Origin: a virus
DNA: 64,000 nucleotides
Virus record (IMG/VR): IMGVR_UViG_3300020220_003261
Strand: one strand, 5' to 3'
Shown here in pieces: positions 57,291 to 64,000 of the stretch. How positions within the stretch are numbered: position 1 is the stretch's first letter; each line of letters opens with the position of its first letter. The notes below the pieces were generated by a model. It saw only the letters and a program-made list of their open reading frames with translations. It was not told where the DNA came from and made no database searches. The position numbers and the translations under genes are program-made.

Positions 57291-58541
57291 TTAATTTACT
57301 TTAGTCAATTTTGGTAGAACAATTTTATTTTCAAATGGTTGATTTATATAAGGCGTTAATATTTCAATTAATTTTTCTTTCATTTTATTTAAAGTAAACT
57401 TTGATAGGTTCTCTTTTCTTAATGTTTCTGATCTTTCTAAAAAATTATCATAATCCTTTTCTACTATTTTCATAACCTCTATCACCTCATTGTAATTTGC
57501 GGTAAACCATTTTGAACCTTTGATAATAAATTCATTTATGGATGATTCGTGAACTTCGGTCAAAGACCCCCCAACCATTATTGCCTTATCCATGGGTAAA
57601 AAATCTTTGTGTCCAGACCAATTAGATGCAATTACCGGTTTACCCGTCATTGTGAATTCTAACAATGGTCTACCAAATCCTTCCCCTTTTGTAATTGAAA
57701 TCATACACTTTACTTTGGGATGATTATACAGATTATTCATTTCTGAATCACTTAGCTCACCAAATAAAAGATATATCGAAGGTGGATTTTCTGATTGATC
57801 TATTATGGATTTAATTTTCTTTCGAAAATTTTCTCTTTCTTTGATTGAAAAATTTGCAGAAGACGTTTTTAAAATTAATGCAGGTTTATTTTCATGATTT
57901 TTAAAAGACTCATTAAAACATTTAATTAACATACCCACATCTTTTCTATCGTGTCCTAATTTACCATTCAACCAATGACCAACAAATAAAAATGCAAAAT
58001 CTTCATTGATTTCTAAATCAATTTTTTCATATGTGTTATTAAAAATATTTTCATTAATACCCTCGAATAGTATTTCAATTGGAGTTTTAATTTTATGTTG
58101 ATTTACTAATTTACCGGTATTTTTTTCTGTTTCATTATAAACTGTTTGTAGTAAAACATCTCTTGAAAACAAAGAAGTAGTAATAATTAAATCCATTTTA
58201 TTACAACCATCAATCCAAGATTTAGGTGCGATTGTTGTTTCAATACCCGCAGTTATTCCAATATTGAACTTTCCCTTTCTTTGAAATTCGTTTGGAACCG
58301 TAACCTCAATATAGATATCTGGAGTGGGAATTGTACTTGTTATAAAATTTGACTCAATCCATTTATGAAATTGATTGGTCTCTTCCAACGCTGTCATCGG
58401 ATTCATACCCCAACCACAACTATCAATTTTAATATCGAACAAATCTGATTCATATAAAACCTCCAATAAATCTCTTGAATGTGATCCATAACCACTTCTT
58501 GATTTTACTGGTCCTCTAAATAATAAAAAGGGTTTATTCAT
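57291..58541 (-). CDS. GT4-like glycosyltransferase
   Basis: SGYGSHSRD, FLFVGHW, TKGEGFGRPLLEF..GKPVIASNWSGH. Confidence 0.85.
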   Translation of the reverse strand: MNKPFLLFRGPVKSRSGYGSHSRDLLEVLYESDLFDIKIDSCGWGMNPMTALEETNQFHKWIESNFITSTIPTPDIYIEVTVPNEFQRKGKFNIGITAGIETTIAPKSWIDGCNKMDLIITTSLFSRDVLLQTVYNETEKNTGKLVNQHKIKTPIEILFEGINENIFNNTYEKIDLEINEDFAFLFVGHWLNGKLGHDRKDVGMLIKCFNESFKNHENKPALILKTSSANFSIKERENFRKKIKSIIDQSENPPSIYLLFGELSDSEMNNLYNHPKVKCMISITKGEGFGRPLLEFTMTGKPVIASNWSGHKDFLPMDKAIMVGGSLTEVHESSINEFIIKGSKWFTANYNEVIEVMKIVEKDYDNFLERSETLRKENLSKFTLNKMKEKLIEILTPYINQPFENKIVLPKLTKVN

Positions 58542-59896
58542 ACAATTTTATATAAGTCGAATTTTTTTCTTGGTTTGAAATTTTTTATTACACTATCAAT
58601 ACCCTCTGACATTTTTTCACACATAATTTTACTTGATAAATTTTTTAACATAAATTCTCTTCCTAACAAACCTCTTCTTTTTCTTTCCTCTCTTGTCCAA
58701 TTATAAACTTTTTCTATAGCATCCGCAACTTCATAATCGTCTACTCTGTCATCGAAAATATATGGAGTTGCGGGTGATCCATTTATATTAATCGCTGATG
58801 GCCATATTGGAACAACCCATTCACCATAATTTATTGATCCATGTATTCTTTTATCATGTAACGTTCCTAAAGAAATATAATCATTTTCATTGAAATCAAA
58901 CCCCATTTGGTCTTGTAAACCACCTGTGACATTTGCTATAATCGGTGTTCCAGCCATCAATGATTCTGCGGTAGTTAATCCAAACCCCTCATTATTTGCA
59001 ATGTTAATTGTGCAATCAACAATATTATAAATCTCATTTAACTTTTCCTGTTCAATTTTTTGACCAATAAACTTTACATTATATTTAGGACAAACTGTAT
59101 TTACCACCTCGTATAAATCCGTCCCATTGTCATCAATCGGTATTGTATGCATCAACAACAAACATTTATTTGCCCTCTCTTTAGGTAATCTATCACAAAA
59201 TAGTTTGAAAGAATAGACAACATCTGATGGTTGTTTTCTTCTTATGTTTCTATTATTATAAAACAAAATGAAATCTAAGTCCTCACTCCCTTTTATAAGA
59301 TCGTATATATCATTACCAACATTTTGTAATGGTTTAAAAGTGTTGTGATTAATACCATGTGGGACATAACTTATCTGCCAATCATCTAATGGTTTAAATG
59401 TTATTTCATCTTTTCTTTTACCTACTCTATGAACTATACCATATGTTTGTTTCGAGATGCAACCTATCCAATCGCAGCTTTCATAATAATTTCTATTATA
59501 AAAAGGATCAGGTAGATTATCCCAAATGTGATAATAAAGTATTGGAACTTGTTGTCTTATTTCGTGTTCGTTGTCATATAACCACTGCCAATAATGAGGA
59601 TCAGTAAAATGTAAAATTGCATCAGGTTTTTCTTCTTGCAAAAGTTTTCTGATAACAGAAATATCACCATATCCGTTGTATGGTATTATTTTAAGACTCG
59701 CATCTTTTATACCTGTTCTTTTTTTTATATCATCATCAATAGATACAATTTTTCCTAATTCAGGATGATTAATCGCGGAACCTAGTTGAACCCAATCATA
59801 TTTTTCTATCGTTCCCATGACAAATTCTTTCGACATAGTAGATATGCCAGATGTCATCCTCAAGTCATCCGATAGTAATAATATCTTTTTTTTCAT
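58538..59896 (-). CDS. GT4 glycosyltransferase
   Basis: LLSDDLR, VPHGIN, NRNIRRKQ, NEGFGLTTAESLMAGTP. Confidence 0.9.
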   Translation of the reverse strand: MKKKILLLSDDLRMTSGISTMSKEFVMGTIEKYDWVQLGSAINHPELGKIVSIDDDIKKRTGIKDASLKIIPYNGYGDISVIRKLLQEEKPDAILHFTDPHYWQWLYDNEHEIRQQVPILYYHIWDNLPDPFYNRNYYESCDWIGCISKQTYGIVHRVGKRKDEITFKPLDDWQISYVPHGINHNTFKPLQNVGNDIYDLIKGSEDLDFILFYNNRNIRRKQPSDVVYSFKLFCDRLPKERANKCLLLMHTIPIDDNGTDLYEVVNTVCPKYNVKFIGQKIEQEKLNEIYNIVDCTINIANNEGFGLTTAESLMAGTPIIANVTGGLQDQMGFDFNENDYISLGTLHDKRIHGSINYGEWVVPIWPSAININGSPATPYIFDDRVDDYEVADAIEKVYNWTREERKRRGLLGREFMLKNLSSKIMCEKMSEGIDSVIKNFKPRKKFDLYKIV

Positions 59897-59899
59897 TAA

Positions 59900-60097
59900 T
59901 TAAAATTTCGACCCACTTGATGCCAATCCATCATGGTTATTAATTAAGTCTCTAAATTTTTCATCTTTGATATAGAGATCTAATGATCTGTTTACCAATT
60001 TTTGTAAATTGATTGATCCTTCAATTGATTTGACTTTAAATTTTTTGTAGACATCGTCTAAAATATTGACGCTTGTTAATTTAGTTTCTGCTTTCAT
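59900..60097 (-). CDS. Small ribbon-helix-helix-like DNA-binding protein
   Basis: Alternating KLTSVNI strand, helix DDVYKKFK, helix LQKLVNRSLDLY. Confidence 0.55.
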   Translation of the reverse strand: MKAETKLTSVNILDDVYKKFKVKSIEGSINLQKLVNRSLDLYIKDEKFRDLINNHDGLASSGSKF

Positions 60098-60130
60098 ATT
60101 AGTATATATATTCTTATATATTATTTTACT

Positions 60131-60154
60131 AAAAAAAATCGGAATTTACCGATT
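60131..60154 (-). terminator. Rho-independent terminator
   Basis: Minus strand AATCGG-TAAATT-CCGATT followed by 6 T, at the stop of the 60153..60329 ORF. Confidence 0.65.
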
Positions 60155-60329
60155 ATTCATTTTTTGTTAACTCTTTGATTCGATTAACAATTTCGTTTAA
60201 CTGTTCATCTTGTTTTGATTTCTCTATTTCAGTCTGATTTAGTAGTGAAGCTTCTGTAACTGTTAAAGAAACTTGTTGTGGCTCAGATGAAGGTTGAATG
60301 ATCTTCTTTTTTTTACATCCACATCCCAT
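60153..60329 (-). CDS. Small 58-aa protein starting MGCGCKKKK; not in ORF track
   Basis: Open frame with its own TATTTATA motif (60342..60349) and a terminator. Confidence 0.7.
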   Translation of the reverse strand: MGCGCKKKKIIQPSSEPQQVSLTVTEASLLNQTEIEKSKQDEQLNEIVNRIKELTKNE

Positions 60330-60408
60330 GTCTATTTTTTTTATAAATATTTTGATTTATATTTTTATAAAATATAGAGAAAAAAATAATTACAGTCAAC
60401 AGTTAGTA

Positions 60409-61131
60409 ATGAAAATTGGAGTCACAGGTTGTTCACATTCAAGTTATATTTGGGGTAATCCTTGGCATTTTTACTTATCCGAAGAATTTAAAGCAGAAGT
60501 TATTTATACATGTTCACCTGGTGCAGGTAACGAAATGAATTTCGAAAAAATGAAATATACGATAGAAACATATAATGTGGATTATTTTATATTTCAAATA
60601 TCTGATCCCTCAAGGTTGGTTATGGGTATTAATAATTGGGTAAATGAACATGAAATTAACAGAAACCAAATGATACCAAACCTGAGTATAAATGAACAGA
60701 TGAGACATGGTCAAATTTTTAGAGACTTATATTTTTATACTTTTAATGCACATAAAAACGAAAAAAACTTAGAAAAAATATTTGAGAAGAAACTACCCGT
60801 GGATGATTTTATGATTAATCATGTCATGACATCAACATATAACATTGAATATAAAGTGTTCATGACTATGTGTGCAACAAAGTTTATCTGTGATTTTTAT
60901 GGTATTCCTCTAATATTTTTTAGTTGGTTTACGGATATAAACGAACTATCAAAAAAAGTAGGATATAATAACATTTTAGAAAAAATGAATATAGTTCCTG
61001 GTTGTGTTATTGACTTTATAAATGAGAACAAAATAGAAGCAATACCGAACGATGGACACTACGATGGTGATTCTCATCTTAAAATTTATCGAGAATATCT
61101 TAGTCCATATATTAAAACAATTATAAAATAA
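60409..61131 (+). CDS. SGNH-family protein (GCS variant)
   Basis: VTGCSHS, PGAGN, DGHY. ATG 60409 preferred because the track start at 60298 overlaps the opposite-strand ORF. Confidence 0.65.
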   Translation: MKIGVTGCSHSSYIWGNPWHFYLSEEFKAEVIYTCSPGAGNEMNFEKMKYTIETYNVDYFIFQISDPSRLVMGINNWVNEHEINRNQMIPNLSINEQMRHGQIFRDLYFYTFNAHKNEKNLEKIFEKKLPVDDFMINHVMTSTYNIEYKVFMTMCATKFICDFYGIPLIFFSWFTDINELSKKVGYNNILEKMNIVPGCVIDFINENKIEAIPNDGHYDGDSHLKIYREYLSPYIKTIIK

Positions 61132-61210
61132 TAGATCTGAAAAATACACTAAAATTTTTAAACAAAGAGAAGAAATAACAAATTAGTAGTATTTATATTA
61201 AAACAAATAT

Positions 61211-61633
61211 ATGGCTTGCACATTTCTAAGGGGTAGTAACGTATTTTACGATGGATTAGCGTCTATTGTTATAGAAGATTTTCATAATGGTCAAGGCCTT
61301 TTAAGTTATGATTTCGAAATTGCAGAATCTGTTAACGGAACTGTCTTTGAAAATGAAGAAATTACTATAGATTCTTACCTTAAAATAACTTGTGAAGACG
61401 GAGCTGTTTTAAAAACTGTTGATAATCAAAAATTTTACGTAAACGAATCTTGGATTCAAGCTAAAAACTTAGAGATTGGTAATGAACTAACCAAGTTTAA
61501 AGAAAATGAAATGTTGGAGAAAGTTGTTATTACTGATATTGAGGTGGTAAATGAGTCTGCAACCGCATTTATTTTCAATGAAATTTTAGATAAACATATT
61601 TTATTCGTTGAAAGAATAATGGTTCATGACTAA
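61211..61633 (+). CDS. Standalone Hint-domain protein
   Basis: MAC-TFLRGSNV start, KITCEDG..LKTV..QKFYV..WIQAKNLEIGNEL, ends IMVHD-stop; TATTTATA 13 nt upstream. Confidence 0.7.
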   Translation: MACTFLRGSNVFYDGLASIVIEDFHNGQGLLSYDFEIAESVNGTVFENEEITIDSYLKITCEDGAVLKTVDNQKFYVNESWIQAKNLEIGNELTKFKENEMLEKVVITDIEVVNESATAFIFNEILDKHILFVERIMVHD

Positions 61634-61995
61634 ATAATAGGATTCTCAGGACTTCCTAAATATAGATTTACTCTGTCCCCAACTTTAAATTTTGAACAGG
61701 TTCCTCCTTTAAATTCAATAACATGGTCTCCTATTCCTGTATATCTAAGTGGGTTTAGTTGATGTTTGTCGGCTGGGGGACAATTGTGGTGAATTCTTGA
61801 TATTCTGTTATTGTTAACAAAGACAATATCCAATGGGATTAGACAATTCTTCATCCAAAATGAATGATGACCTTTACCGATTTTGAATACCATACATCCA
61901 TTTAATTCTTTTCTACCCATCATACCACGTCGGATATCATCAGGGTTAGTTAAGTATTCGGCCTCAAATGTTTTGTTGTTAATGTGTACAGACAT
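61630..61995 (-). CDS. DUF192 family protein
   Basis: RRGMMGR, GCMVF, SFWMKNCLIPLDIVFV, VIEF.GG. Confidence 0.85.
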   Translation of the reverse strand: MSVHINNKTFEAEYLTNPDDIRRGMMGRKELNGCMVFKIGKGHHSFWMKNCLIPLDIVFVNNNRISRIHHNCPPADKHQLNPLRYTGIGDHVIEFKGGTCSKFKVGDRVNLYLGSPENPII

Positions 61996-62042
61996 ATCTA
62001 TAATTATTTTGTATTGCCAAATAAATTTAATATATTCGAGTT

Positions 62043-62252
62043 ATGGAAAATATATTTGGTGGATTAATTGAATTTCCTTCAGAAAAAGAGTTCGATGAAT
62101 TTCTTAGTAAAATGGACAAAGAAACAGCACTATCTGTGGTAGAAAAGGCTATAGAATTTGCGTATCAAAATAATACATTTTCTGTTCAGGAAACATATTT
62201 TATATATAAATCCTTGAAAATATTGAAAGATAAAAATTTGAATAATGAGTAA
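62043..62252 (+). CDS. Hypothetical protein
   Basis: ORF 6 nt after a TATATT box; coupled to the next gene. Confidence 0.7.
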   Translation: MENIFGGLIEFPSEKEFDEFLSKMDKETALSVVEKAIEFAYQNNTFSVQETYFIYKSLKILKDKNLNNE

Positions 62253-63342
62253 AATTGCTGTTTTAGGTGCTGGATTGGTCGGAAGAACAATTGCGGTCGA
62301 TTTAAGTAGAAGTGATCATAATGTTGTAAGTTATGATATGGATAAAAATAATCTGAATCTACTATCAAACTATACTGACATAGAAAAAAAACAAGTTGAT
62401 TTGACAATGTTCAATTACGAAACACAACTTATTGATTTTGATTTGGTTGTGTCGGCGGTACCTGGTCGTGTTGGTTATAGAGTTTTGAAAGATATAATTT
62501 GTTGGGCAAAAAAAGATTGTGTCGATATATCATTCTTTATTGAAGACTATAGACCACTCGATGCTTTAGCAAAAGAAAATAATTTGCGTGTCGTAATCGA
62601 CTGTGGTATTGCACCAGGTATGAGTAATATAATTTTAGGTCGGGAGTCCGAAAATATGTTAGTAAAAAATTATAAGTTCAGCGTCGGAGGGTTACCCCAA
62701 GAGAGAGTTTTACCGTTTGAATATAAAGCCCCATATTCACCATCAGATGTTATTGAATTTTATACTAGACCAGTAAGAAAAAGAATTAATGGTGTTGATG
62801 TAATCGAGGAACCATTATCTGATATTGAAAATTTGTATGTAGAAAATGTTGGAACTTTGGAAGCATTTGAAACCGATGGACTAAGAACACTTCTCACATC
62901 ATTTCCTGAGATTCAAAATATGACAGAAAAAACCATCAGATATCCAGGTTATGCCGATAAAATTAATCTTTTGAAAGATATGGGTTTCTTTAAAAAAGAA
63001 AATTTAAATAACACCGTACAAGTATTGATAAACGAGTGGAAAATGAAACCGAGTGATAAAGATTTAACTGTTATGATAGCCGATATCAATGGTATCGATT
63101 TGTTAGGTAATAAAATTCATTTACAATATTCATTAGTTGATAAACATGACGGTGAATTCAGCTCAATGTCAAGGTGCACCGCTTTCACTTGTACTGCAGT
63201 TGTTGATTTGATTTTGAATAAAAATATAAATGAATTTGGTGTTTACCCACCAGAAATAATTGCAAAAGATAATAATTGTTTTGATGAAATTTTGAATCAT
63301 TTAAAAAATAGAAACGTATTATGGCAAAAAAAGTATATCTAA
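62245..63342 (+). CDS. Saccharopine dehydrogenase / lysine dehydrogenase family
   Basis: VLGAGLVG, SAVPG..G, DCGIAPGMSN, VGGLP, EAFETDGLRTL, KTIRYPG, MSRCTA. Confidence 0.85.
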   Translation: MSKIAVLGAGLVGRTIAVDLSRSDHNVVSYDMDKNNLNLLSNYTDIEKKQVDLTMFNYETQLIDFDLVVSAVPGRVGYRVLKDIICWAKKDCVDISFFIEDYRPLDALAKENNLRVVIDCGIAPGMSNIILGRESENMLVKNYKFSVGGLPQERVLPFEYKAPYSPSDVIEFYTRPVRKRINGVDVIEEPLSDIENLYVENVGTLEAFETDGLRTLLTSFPEIQNMTEKTIRYPGYADKINLLKDMGFFKKENLNNTVQVLINEWKMKPSDKDLTVMIADINGIDLLGNKIHLQYSLVDKHDGEFSSMSRCTAFTCTAVVDLILNKNINEFGVYPPEIIAKDNNCFDEILNHLKNRNVLWQKKYI

Positions 63343-63515
63343 AAGATTTTTTTGTTTATAAAAAAAAACATCATTGGTTTATTTTTCCCGCAATAATATT
63401 TTACTATGACAAATATTCATATTATGACGATGGGAAAATGTCGCCTTCATGGGGTTTTACTATTAGATGGTTAACATTTATGATTGGATTTCAAATACAG
63501 AAAATACATGAATAA
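63321..63515 (+). CDS. Hypothetical small protein
   Basis: ORF in an overlapping-gene run. Confidence 0.6.
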   Translation: MAKKVYLKDFFVYKKKHHWFIFPAIIFYYDKYSYYDDGKMSPSWGFTIRWLTFMIGFQIQKIHE

Positions 63516-63663
63516 TATAGACAGACAATCAGTTGAAAAATGTGTTGAGGAATCTTATAATTTAGGTGTTAACGATGTGTTGAGTTGGTTATCTAAAATA
63601 GATTATCTTTCCGATAACTTAGGATACATTATAGAGGAATGGAACAATAAACATTTGTTATGA
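63508..63663 (+). CDS. Hypothetical 51-aa protein; not in ORF track
   Basis: MNNIDRQSVEKC...; overlaps both neighbours. Confidence 0.55.
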   Translation: MNNIDRQSVEKCVEESYNLGVNDVLSWLSKIDYLSDNLGYIIEEWNNKHLL

Positions 63664-63827
63664 CAAACGAAGAAATTATAGATGAGCTGATGCACCAGGC
63701 TTATGAGTTAAAAATTCGTGATCAGGTATTAGATCTTTCAAGGCTTTTGAGAGAAAAAAATAATAAAATGACGATGTTAGAATCACTCGAATTAGCAATG
63801 AGTCACATAAAATCTAGCTATGAATAA
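63660..63827 (+). CDS. Hypothetical 55-aa protein; not in ORF track
   Basis: ATGA overlap with the previous stop; [16 protein letters not shown]... Confidence 0.55.
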   Translation: MTNEEIIDELMHQAYELKIRDQVLDLSRLLREKNNKMTMLESLELAMSHIKSSYE

Positions 63828-64000
63828 TTTAGATTCAAGTTATCAAGCCTTATTGGAAGATATTCTAAATACAGGTGTGGAAAAAAAGGATAGAACAGGA
63901 ACAGGTACCATATCAGTTTTTGGTAGACAAATTCGTCACAAGATGTCTGAAGGATTTCCTATTTTAACAACAAAGAAAATGGCTTGGAAAACTGTGGTTG
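63820..64000 (+). CDS. thyA: Thymidylate synthase, truncated by window edge
   Basis: [39 protein letters not shown]. Confidence 0.95.
   Translation, partial: MNNLDSSYQALLEDILNTGVEKKDRTGTGTISVFGRQIRHKMSEGFPILTTKKMAWKTVV

Noticed and set aside
1-60097. Ordinary bacterial O-antigen or capsule locus
   Set aside because: No flippase, polymerase, ABC exporter, chain-length regulator or initiating transferase was recognised; the context includes a phage fibre and SD-less dense packing.
60298-60408. Extended N-termini given by the ORF track (also 21276, 32696, 38036, 41355, 49588)
   Set aside because: They overlap neighbouring genes or promoters; the domain motifs begin at the downstream ATGs.
3285-62407. 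Numerous 60-98 aa ORFs nested in or antisense to long genes
   Set aside because: No motifs, and fully overlapped by well-supported CDSs.
1-64000. tRNA, rRNA or other structured RNA genes
   Set aside because: Intergenic gaps are short and AT-rich, and no cloverleaf or rRNA-like sequence was seen by eye; tRNAscan-SE/Infernal would be needed to exclude them.

Overview
This very AT-rich, gene-dense 64 kb window most likely comes from a large tailed dsDNA phage. It carries a tail fibre with a peptidase-S74 chaperone and a thyA gene at the right edge, has no bacterial housekeeping genes, and mostly lacks Shine-Dalgarno sites. Nearly the whole window is one glycan biosynthesis and decoration island. 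It holds about 18 glycosyltransferase-like genes (GT7, GT2, GT4, NodZ-like, DUF616, a TibC/Aah-like protein heptosyltransferase, and six paralogues of a GT10-like family) and nucleotide-sugar enzymes (2x gmd, rmlC, ugd-like, several SDRs, a DegT aminotransferase, TPP E1 alpha/beta). Tailoring enzymes are 7 SGNH proteins, 6 methyltransferases, 5 2OG-Fe(II) oxygenases, 3 radical SAM enzymes, a carbamoyltransferase, cysC and 3 sulfotransferase-like genes. I recognised no flippase, polymerase or lipid-carrier enzyme, so the glycan is probably placed on proteins. The best candidate acceptor is the Ser/Thr-Gly repeat tail fibre encoded directly after the TibC-like gene. The most unusual sub-system is at 29.6-38.0 kb: a circularly permuted ATP-grasp / Hint / six-Cys-peptide fusion lies among 11 tailoring genes whose products all end in the same K-x-[LI]-[ILFM] C-terminal tail. 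All family calls come from motif recognition by eye; no searches were run.
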